Under the pieces are notes generated by a model. It was not told where the DNA came from, did no database searches, and saw only the letters and a program-made list of their open reading frames with translations. Position numbers and translations under genes: made by a program. A DNA stretch of 64,000 nt from positions 9,824 through 73,823 of the forward strand of contig CAKZLU010000041.1 in NCBI GenBank assembly GCA_937127245.1, given 5' to 3'. Shown one piece after another: positions 57,325-64,000 of the stretch (positions within the stretch are counted from its first letter, which is position 1; every line of letters starts with the position of its first letter). The stretch is from an uncultured Actinomycetes bacterium. Lineage in GTDB: Bacteria; Actinomycetota; Geothermincolia; Fen-727; JACVIW01.

Positions 57325-59892
57325 ATGGACAAAATAAGGGTTCACGAATTAGTCAAAGAACTGAAAAAGTCCAATCGTGAGGTTACCGATAGGCTAAAGA
57401 AACTCGGCATCGCGTTCAAGAGCGTACTGTCAAGTATTAGCCAGGAGGAAGCAAATCAGGTAAGGGAATCATTCGGGGTTAAACCGGTTAAGATTGAAAA
57501 GAAGCCCGCGAAGAAGGCGGAGAAGAAACCCGCGACCAAAAAGGCGGAAAAGCCCCCCGCGAAAAAAGCAGCCAAAAAAGCAGCGGCTCCTAAAGCGGCG
57601 AAGAAACCTGTCGCCAAAGCGGCGACAAAGCCCGCCTTAGAAGAAAAAAAACGTAAGGCGAAAAAAAAAGCTGCTAGCAAAGCCCCTTCTCCTGATCGGA
57701 AAGGTGTCAGCGTTGCGGTTATTGAAAGGGCAAGCGAGCCGGAGCCGAAAATTGTCGAGGAAATCAAGGAATTGAGCGAACCTGCGCTTAAGAGTGCTGG
57801 TGCTCAACCCGTTGGGGCGGAGAGCGTGTCCGCAGCCGAGGCGGGGGTGCCGGAACAGGAAAAACAAGTTCAGAAAACAAAAGAGCCCCAGGCGGTGGAA
57901 GAGGCTCCTCGAAAGAAGCCCGAAACTAAAGAGGTGCCCGAGGAGAGGGAAGAGCCCCAAGAAGCTCCTGTAAGAAAACCAAAAGTCCCACCCTTGAAAG
58001 AAACTCAAAAACCGAAACTTAGAGTCGCCGCTGTTACTCCGCCTAAAGCACGTCCAAAAGAAACGGGTAAAATTATTAAATTTCCTGCTGATCGGCGAAA
58101 AGAGGCAGCCGAAAAGGGCAAAGGCGCTTTTGGTGCCGTTCTTCCGAAAGTCGTAAGAGTTCCCTCCGGTATCACTGTTAGGGATTTCGCTCAAAAAGTT
58201 GGCCTGAGTTCCACCGATGTCATAAAGAAATTAATGACCCTCGGAGAAGTCGCCAACATCAACCAGCCGATAAGCGACGAGGCTTTAATGCTACTCGGTG
58301 ATGATATCGGCGTGGAAATCAAGATCAAAACACAGCGGGTCGAAGAAATAGAAAAAGAACTGGAAAAGGTCGATAGACCGGAAGAACTAAAGCCACGTCC
58401 GCCGGTGGTAACTGTCATGGGTCATGTTGATCACGGAAAAACCCTTCTCCTTGATAGAATAAGGAAAACCAACGTGGTGAGCCGAGAGGCGGGCGGCATA
58501 ACGCAGCATATCGGGGCATATCAAGTAACGTTCGAGGGACGGCAGATAACATTCATTGATACCCCTGGGCATGAGTCTTTTACTGCCATGAGGGCTCGGG
58601 GGGCGGAAGTTACCGACATAGCCGTTCTTGTGGTGGCTGCCGATGATGGGGTTATGCCCCAGACCATTGAAGCTATAGACCACGCAATGCAAGCCGAAGT
58701 CCCGATCATAGTCGCTGTGAACAAGATAGATAAACCGGAAGCGGACCCGATGCGAGTTCGACAGCAGCTCTCTGAGAAAGGCTTGATCCCCGAGGAGTGG
58801 GGCGGCGAAACGATCTTCGTTGATATCTCAGCCAAGGAGGGGACGAATATAGACCATCTTCTGGAGATGATTCTCCTGCTTTCTGACATATGCGAGCTTA
58901 AGGCTAACCCTGACGCGGAGGCAAGCGGAGTTGTAATTGAAGCTAAGCTTGATAGAGCGAAAGGTCCCGTCGCGACAGTTCTTGTAAAAAGAGGGACTGC
59001 CAAAATGGGTGACGTGATCGTCTGCGGTTCGGTGTGGGGCAGAATCAGAGCTATGTTTAATGACAGGGGAGAGAATATCAAAAGCGCGGGTCCATCTGTG
59101 CCCGTAGAGATGATAGGGCTCTCAGGGCTGCCGATGGCGGGCGACAAGTTCTCTGTTGTTTCAGACGAGAAGAAAGCGAAGCAACTAGCCGAGCACAGAG
59201 GCTTGCAAAAGAAACTAAGGGAGCAAGCCAGAACCCAGAAGATATCTTTCGAAAACCTTTTGGAGAAGCTAAAAGAAGAGGCGATCGCAGAACTAAAGGT
59301 AATAGTGAAAGCAGACACCCAGGGCTCACTTGAGGCTATTTTGGACTCATTGAAGAAGATGCAATCCGAGGAGATACGCCTTAGCGTTATCCACAGCGGA
59401 ATAGGCGGGATTACCGAAACGGACGTGATGCTCGCTTCAGCGAGCGATGCCATCATAATCGGTTTCAATGTCAGACCTGACAGCAAGGCGATTCGCTCCG
59501 CCGAAATCGAGGGAATTGACTTAAGGACCTATCAGGTTATTTACGAGTTGCTTGATGACGTCAAAAAAGCACTCGAGGGAATGCTCGCGCCCCAACAGGT
59601 TGAGGAAGTAGAAGGAAGAATCGAGGTCAGACAGACTTTCAGGGTGCCTGGCGTTGGCGTTGTAGCGGGTTGCTATGTTCTTGAGGGAGAGGTAAGTCGA
59701 GGATCTCAGGTTAGAGTGCTTAGAGAGGGGATTGTTGTTCATACCGGCAAGATCGCATCCGTGAGAAGGTTTAAGGATGACGTTCGAAGTGTGTCTGCCG
59801 GATATGAATGCGGCGTTGCGCTTGAGAACTTCCAGGATATAAAAGAAGGCGATATCCTCGAGACTTTCCTTCTCAGGGAAGTCCCCAGATGA
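57325..59892 (+). CDS. infB: Translation initiation factor IF-2
   Basis: A Lys/Ala/Pro-rich N-terminal linker, the G domain (VVTVMGHVDHGKTLLLD, DTPGHESF, NKIDK) and the C-terminal beta-barrels. Confidence 0.95.
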   Translation: MDKIRVHELVKELKKSNREVTDRLKKLGIAFKSVLSSISQEEANQVRESFGVKPVKIEKKPAKKAEKKPATKKAEKPPAKKAAKKAAAPKAAKKPVAKAATKPALEEKKRKAKKKAASKAPSPDRKGVSVAVIERASEPEPKIVEEIKELSEPALKSAGAQPVGAESVSAAEAGVPEQEKQVQKTKEPQAVEEAPRKKPETKEVPEEREEPQEAPVRKPKVPPLKETQKPKLRVAAVTPPKARPKETGKIIKFPADRRKEAAEKGKGAFGAVLPKVVRVPSGITVRDFAQKVGLSSTDVIKKLMTLGEVANINQPISDEALMLLGDDIGVEIKIKTQRVEEIEKELEKVDRPEELKPRPPVVTVMGHVDHGKTLLLDRIRKTNVVSREAGGITQHIGAYQVTFEGRQITFIDTPGHESFTAMRARGAEVTDIAVLVVAADDGVMPQTIEAIDHAMQAEVPIIVAVNKIDKPEADPMRVRQQLSEKGLIPEEWGGETIFVDISAKEGTNIDHLLEMILLLSDICELKANPDAEASGVVIEAKLDRAKGPVATVLVKRGTAKMGDVIVCGSVWGRIRAMFNDRGENIKSAGPSVPVEMIGLSGLPMAGDKFSVVSDEKKAKQLAEHRGLQKKLREQARTQKISFENLLEKLKEEAIAELKVIVKADTQGSLEAILDSLKKMQSEEIRLSVIHSGIGGITETDVMLASASDAIIIGFNVRPDSKAIRSAEIEGIDLRTYQVIYELLDDVKKALEGMLAPQQVEEVEGRIEVRQTFRVPGVGVVAGCYVLEGEVSRGSQVRVLREGIVVHTGKIASVRRFKDDVRSVSAGYECGVALENFQDIKEGDILETFLLREVPR

Positions 59893-59938
59893 CCGACATC
59901 TAAACCCTATTGGAACTCTCTTTTCATGGAGGATCTCT

Positions 59939-60265
59939 ATGAAATTCTTCGTGGGTATCGGGAGTTACCAGCTGGATTTGGGACACTGTTGCTCTCTGAA
60001 AGACAAAAGGCAAATCATTAAGAGCGTTGTCGACCGTATAGGTAAAATCAAGGGCTGCGGCGCTGCTGAGGTTGGGGCTCAGGATATCTGGAAAAACGGG
60101 TCTGTCGCCGTTACGTGTACCTCAACCTCGTACAAGATGGTTGTGGGAATGCTCGATAATGCGCGCAAGACAATAGAATCGTGTGGAGTTGAAATCATTA
60201 ACGAGGCTCAGTGGATTGTTAATCCGGAAGATCTTACGGTGAGACTATGGGATCAAGAAGAATAA
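59939..60265 (+). CDS. DUF503 family protein (YlxP-like), infB-rbfA operon
   Basis: MKFFVGIGSYQLDLGHCCSLKDKRQIIKSVVDRI... matches the conserved DUF503 start. The position is the expected one. Confidence 0.7.
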   Translation: MKFFVGIGSYQLDLGHCCSLKDKRQIIKSVVDRIGKIKGCGAAEVGAQDIWKNGSVAVTCTSTSYKMVVGMLDNARKTIESCGVEIINEAQWIVNPEDLTVRLWDQEE

Positions 60266-60606
60266 GCAGGGTCGAGGAGGCGTGCAAAGAGGAAATTTCT
60301 GAAATCCTGCTCAGAGAACTCAAAGACCCGAGGATTGGATTCGTAACAATTACGAGGGTCAGGATGACGCCCGACTTAAGACACGCTCAGGTCTATGTTA
60401 GCGTCCTCGGGTCAAGCGAGGAGATTGACAGGACCTTGGAGGGACTTGAAAGCGCCAGAGGATGGATGCGTGCTCACCTGGGAAGGCGGTTGAGGTTAAA
60501 ATTTTTACCTGAGATTGAGTTCTGCTATGACTCAAGTCCTGCAGAGGCGCAAAAACTCGAGGTAATATTCAAGCGGGATTCGGAGGATTCAGGCGGCAGT
60601 GATTAA
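60247..60606 (+). CDS. rbfA: Ribosome-binding factor A
   Basis: RISRVEEACKEEISEILLRELKDPRIGFVTITRVRMTPDLRHAQVYVSV. Confidence 0.9.
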   Translation: MGSRRISRVEEACKEEISEILLRELKDPRIGFVTITRVRMTPDLRHAQVYVSVLGSSEEIDRTLEGLESARGWMRAHLGRRLRLKFLPEIEFCYDSSPAEAQKLEVIFKRDSEDSGGSD

Positions 60607-61570
60607 GGAAAAGGAACTGAAAGAGGCTCTGAGGTTTGTTGAGCAATGTTCATCCGCTGTGGTGCTCGGGCACGAAAATCCTGATGGTGACGCCGTTGGG
60701 TCCTCGCTCGGTCTTGCCCTCATGCTTGAGGATAAGGGATACCGCGTTACTGTAAGCTTTCCCGAACCCTTACGGATCCCGCATAGATATCTGTTCCTTC
60801 CCGGCGCCGAAAAGCTCCAAACGCCGGAGGGGATAAGCGACTGTGAAATTCTGTTCGCGGTTGACTGTGCCAATCCTGACAGGCTCGATTTGTTCCGGGA
60901 TTTTATTCCAAAGTGCAGGGCGGTCATAAACATTGACCACCACCCAGACAACACGATGTTCGGTACCGTAAATCTTGTTGATCATGAGGCAGCGGCGACT
61001 GCCGAGATAATATACGCTGTCGGTCCCCAGATAGGTCTTAGAATCTCGAAAGACGCGGCGCTCTGTCTTTATACGGGGATAGTGACTGATACCGGAAGGT
61101 TTCAATTTTCCAACACCCGAGAAGAAACGCTGAGAATCGCCTCGGAAATAGTTCACATGGGGGTCGACCCGTCCTATGTTTATGAGAACGTATATCAAAG
61201 CGATTCTCTGGAGTATGTAAGGCTTTTGGGGAAAGTTCTCTCCGAAGCTGTGTTCGAGAAGGAAAGCGGTCTGATCTATGCCGTGGTGACTAGGGCTGAT
61301 CTTGATGAATTCGGCGTTAACATGGAGGAAACGGAAGACCTCATAGACGCCTTAAGGACGCTCAAGGGTCACAGAATTGCCGCCATTTTTAAAGAGCTTA
61401 AGGACGGGCGAATAAGAGTGAGCCTTCGTTCAAGAAATGACGTGGATATAGGAAGTGTTGCGAGAAAACTCGGAGGTGGAGGACACAGGGTTGCGGCGGG
61501 TTACGTTTCAAGTAAATCCACGATTGAAGATGCTTTGCTTGAACTTAAAGGAGCGATAGGTGTCGATTGA
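60599..61570 (+). CDS. nrnA: DHH-family phosphoesterase NrnA (bifunctional oligoribonuclease/pAp phosphatase)
   Basis: VVLGHENPDGDAVGSSLGLA and INIDHHPDN are DHH motifs; GGGHRVAAG is the DHHA1 motif. Confidence 0.8.
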   Translation: MIKEKELKEALRFVEQCSSAVVLGHENPDGDAVGSSLGLALMLEDKGYRVTVSFPEPLRIPHRYLFLPGAEKLQTPEGISDCEILFAVDCANPDRLDLFRDFIPKCRAVINIDHHPDNTMFGTVNLVDHEAAATAEIIYAVGPQIGLRISKDAALCLYTGIVTDTGRFQFSNTREETLRIASEIVHMGVDPSYVYENVYQSDSLEYVRLLGKVLSEAVFEKESGLIYAVVTRADLDEFGVNMEETEDLIDALRTLKGHRIAAIFKELKDGRIRVSLRSRNDVDIGSVARKLGGGGHRVAAGYVSSKSTIEDALLELKGAIGVD

Positions 61571-62492
61571 CGGCTTTTTCGCGGTGGACAAGCTGAGTGG
61601 GATAACTTCAAGAAAGGTAGCTGTTCGGGTGGGTCAGATTTTCAAATGCAAGGCTGGTCACTGCGGAACGCTTGACCCGTTAGCAACAGGTGTTTTGCTT
61701 GTTTGTGTGGGGAGGGCGAGGCTGCTTTCAAGATTCTTATCAGCGCTTGACAAACGATACAGAGTAACCGCGGTTTTCGGCACGGTCACAGATACTTACG
61801 ATGTAACTGGTAGGGTTGTCCGTCAAAGAGACTCAAGTGGTCTAACCTCGGATGAAGTTGAGGAGGCGCTCGAAAGGCTAACCGGCGAAATACTTCAGGT
61901 GCCCCCACCGTTTTCCGCGGTAAAGTCAGGGGGCAAACCTCTTTATACATATGCCAGACGGGGCGTAGCAGTAAAGCTTCCAGAGAGAAAAGTAAATATA
62001 GATGCAATAAGGCTTATTGATTTCCGGCATGAGAACTCGAAGGCTATTGCCGAGCTGGAGGTATCTTGCAGTAAAGGAACATATATAAGGAGTCTTGTAA
62101 ACGACCTCGGGGAAATTCTCGGGCACGGCGCCTGCGTGCTTGCTTTGAGAAGAACATCAGTTGGAAAATTTGGCGAAGAGCGGCTCATACCGTACGAACT
62201 TGTTCGCTTGGGAGCAAAGGATGAATTGATTGGCCGCCTCATAGGAATTGAGGAAGCCACCTACTTTTTGCCTTCCTCTCGGGTAAACCCTGACGGGGAG
62301 AAGGCAGTAAATTTTGGCAAGCCTCTTGACGCGTCCATGATCGCCGAAATTTGCGGTATAGAGAGAGTCTCGGGCAACGTGAGAGTATTGAATGAAGCGG
62401 GAAAAGTAATAGCTATATACGGTCCGCCGAAAGAGGGGGACCCTGAGAATATTGTGGCCAGGGCTGTTAGGGTACTTAAAACCGATTCATGA
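61560..62492 (+). CDS. truB: tRNA pseudouridine(55) synthase
   Basis: GFFAVDKLSGITSRKV...GHCGTLDPLATGVLLVCVG contains the catalytic Asp. A PUA-like C-terminus is present. Confidence 0.9.
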   Translation: MSIDGFFAVDKLSGITSRKVAVRVGQIFKCKAGHCGTLDPLATGVLLVCVGRARLLSRFLSALDKRYRVTAVFGTVTDTYDVTGRVVRQRDSSGLTSDEVEEALERLTGEILQVPPPFSAVKSGGKPLYTYARRGVAVKLPERKVNIDAIRLIDFRHENSKAIAELEVSCSKGTYIRSLVNDLGEILGHGACVLALRRTSVGKFGEERLIPYELVRLGAKDELIGRLIGIEEATYFLPSSRVNPDGEKAVNFGKPLDASMIAEICGIERVSGNVRVLNEAGKVIAIYGPPKEGDPENIVARAVRVLKTDS

Positions 62493-63439
62493 AGGCGAAA
62501 GCGAAAATGAGAGTCTTGTCGAAGACCACGGAGTTTCAAAAATACGATAGGTCAAGCTGCGTGACGATAGGAGTCTTTGATGGTGTTCACTTGGGTCATC
62601 GCAGCATAATATCCCGCTGTGTCAGGGAGGCACAAAAGAGGGATTCCGCTTCCGTAGTATTGACTTTTGAGAACAGCCCGAGGGCTATCGTGAAAGGTCA
62701 AACCCCGTGCTTCTTAACCGACAGGCAGAAGAAACTTGAACTTCTCGAGGATTTGGGCGTGGAATTCACTATCGTGCTCAAGTTCGATCGAAAATTCGCT
62801 TCACTGGAGCCGGAAAATTTCTGCAGCCAGATTCTAAAAAGAGACTTGAATTGCGTTGCGGTCTGCGTCGGCGAGAATTTCCATTTTGGCAGAGGAGGGA
62901 AAGGAAACACGGACCTGCTCAAAAAGGAGGGTGAGAGAAACGGCTTCGATGTGATAGTGGTTCCCCTTTTAAGCTCAGATGGAAACATTGTCTCAAGCAC
63001 CCTTGTAAGGGAAATGATTATGAAAGGGAAAACCAAAGAAGCTGCAAATATTCTGGGTAGACCGTATTCCATGATCGGTAAAGTCATTAAAGGACATGCA
63101 AGGGGTAAGAAACTCGGTTTTCCAACCGCCAACATTGGGCTTGAGAGGCATTTCTGCATTCCAAAAGACGGCGTTTATGCCGGGATAACGATTAGGAAAG
63201 GAAGGAGAATCCCCTGCGCAATAAATGTTGGAACGAACCCGACTTTTGGCGACGAAGAGCTTTCCGTCGAGGTTTATCTTCTGGATTTTGATGAGAATAT
63301 TTACGGTGAAACTCTCGAGGTGGAGTTCCATTCGAGGTTGCGGGATGAGATAAGTTTTTTATCCGAGCGAGAACTTATAGAACAGATGGAAAAAGATGCG
63401 AAAAGAGCGCGGGAAATGCTTATGGAGGAACAGGCATAA
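62489..63439 (+). CDS. ribF: Bifunctional riboflavin kinase / FAD synthetase
   Basis: VTIGVFDGVHLGHRSII (FAD synthetase) and the C-terminal GHARGKKLGFPTANI (riboflavin kinase). ATG 62507 is an alternative start. Confidence 0.9.
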   Translation: MKAKAKMRVLSKTTEFQKYDRSSCVTIGVFDGVHLGHRSIISRCVREAQKRDSASVVLTFENSPRAIVKGQTPCFLTDRQKKLELLEDLGVEFTIVLKFDRKFASLEPENFCSQILKRDLNCVAVCVGENFHFGRGGKGNTDLLKKEGERNGFDVIVVPLLSSDGNIVSSTLVREMIMKGKTKEAANILGRPYSMIGKVIKGHARGKKLGFPTANIGLERHFCIPKDGVYAGITIRKGRRIPCAINVGTNPTFGDEELSVEVYLLDFDENIYGETLEVEFHSRLRDEISFLSERELIEQMEKDAKRAREMLMEEQA

Positions 63440-63548
63440 TACCCCTTTTGATATTTTACACATGTCAGGACGTGAATGTGGTAATATAGGAACAGAATCA
63501 AAGGTCAAATAACGTTGGTTATTTTTTTGGATTTATACGGGAGTGTCT

Positions 63549-63815
63549 ATGCTGGAGCCAGAGGAAAAGAAATCAATTATCAAGGAGTTTGGCATTCATG
63601 AAAAGGACACCGGTTCTCCGGAGGTCCAGGTTGCGCTGCTGACAAGCGAGATCAAGCATCTTACCGAACATCTGAAGATTCATCGGAAGGACCATCACTC
63701 ACGTCGTGGACTTTTGATGAAAGTCGGGAAAAGGAGAAGACTGCTCAATTATTTGAAAAAGGAGGATATCGAAAGATACCGCAAACTCATACAGAGGCTT
63801 GGTTTGAGAAGATAG
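63549..63815 (+). CDS. rpsO: 30S ribosomal protein S15
   Basis: [51 protein letters not shown]. Confidence 0.9.
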   Translation: MLEPEEKKSIIKEFGIHEKDTGSPEVQVALLTSEIKHLTEHLKIHRKDHHSRRGLLMKVGKRRRLLNYLKKEDIERYRKLIQRLGLRR

Positions 63816-63911
63816 AAGATATGGAAGCAAAAGGTGAAAGTCTGAAGGCTTCTTTGCCAAATTTAACAGCGCGAATACAACTGAAAAGGGCTTAAGGAGG
63901 CTCATTTTTTT

Positions 63912-64000
63912 ATGCAAATTGTGAGAAAAGAAATCGACATCGGGGGAAAGAGAATTACGGTCGAGATCGGCAGACTTGCAAAACAGGCCGATGGAGCCGC
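63912..64000 (+). CDS. pnp: Polyribonucleotide nucleotidyltransferase (PNPase), N-terminal fragment running off the window
   Basis: MQIVRKEIDIGGKRITVEIGRLAKQADGA after an AAGGAGG RBS. This is the expected rpsO-pnp order. Confidence 0.75.
   Translation, partial: MQIVRKEIDIGGKRITVEIGRLAKQADGA

Noticed and set aside
57480-57720. Lys/Ala/Pro-rich repeats (KKPAKKAEKKPATKKAEKPPAKKAAKK) at the N-terminus of IF-2, considered as a novel repeat.
   Set aside because: This is the typical low-complexity, histone-H1-like linker of IF-2 in many Gram-positive bacteria and not a distinct feature.
1-64000. CRISPR arrays, IS elements/transposases, phage integrases or toxin-antitoxin/defense cassettes.
   Set aside because: No direct-repeat/spacer arrays, no DDE/HUH transposase or phage-type integrase ORFs (XerD is the chromosomal dimer resolvase in its conserved context), and no recognisable defense-system gene signatures were found in any frame.

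Overview
This 64 kb window is a gene-dense chromosomal segment with roughly 50% GC. Almost every gene is on the + strand; the only minus-strand features are an M28 peptidase, a tRNA-Leu and a small Cys-rich ORF. Content is mostly core housekeeping. The gene order (dxs-tlyA-nadK-recN-steA-like-mctB-like ... pyrG ... NUDIX-xerD; polA-rpsA-coaE-uvrB; uvrC-rapZ-whiA-gap-pgk-tpi-secG; rimP-nusA-ylxR-infB-rbfA-nrnA-truB-ribF-rpsO-pnp) matches Actinomycetota-type synteny. Enzyme types typical of anaerobes (PaaK/ACT pair, TrpB2, type I-beta DAHP synthase with an N-terminal regulatory domain) suggest a deep-branching or candidate actinobacterial lineage; this is inference from synteny only. I found no CRISPR array, transposon, integrase-bounded island or obvious defense cassette. 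The most interesting items are: (1) a candidate ribosome-mediated Trp attenuator (a 20-aa leader peptide ending ...GWWFP, followed by alternative hairpins and two intrinsic-terminator hairpins) in front of a stand-alone trpB2 at the end of an aromatic amino-acid gene cluster; (2) a 1155-aa secreted calcineurin-like metallophosphoesterase ending in four tandem ~105-aa repeats with a WYFAEGCT ... ERPxYF signature that I cannot assign to a named domain; (3) a small Cys-rich protein with a duplicated C-W-E-I motif, encoded antisense between coaE and uvrB; (4) a collapsed uvrB-uvrA-uvrC-ogt repair block and a rapZ-whiA pair with no yvcK/cuvA between them. All coordinates and calls come from reading the sequence and ORF translations; no database searches were run.
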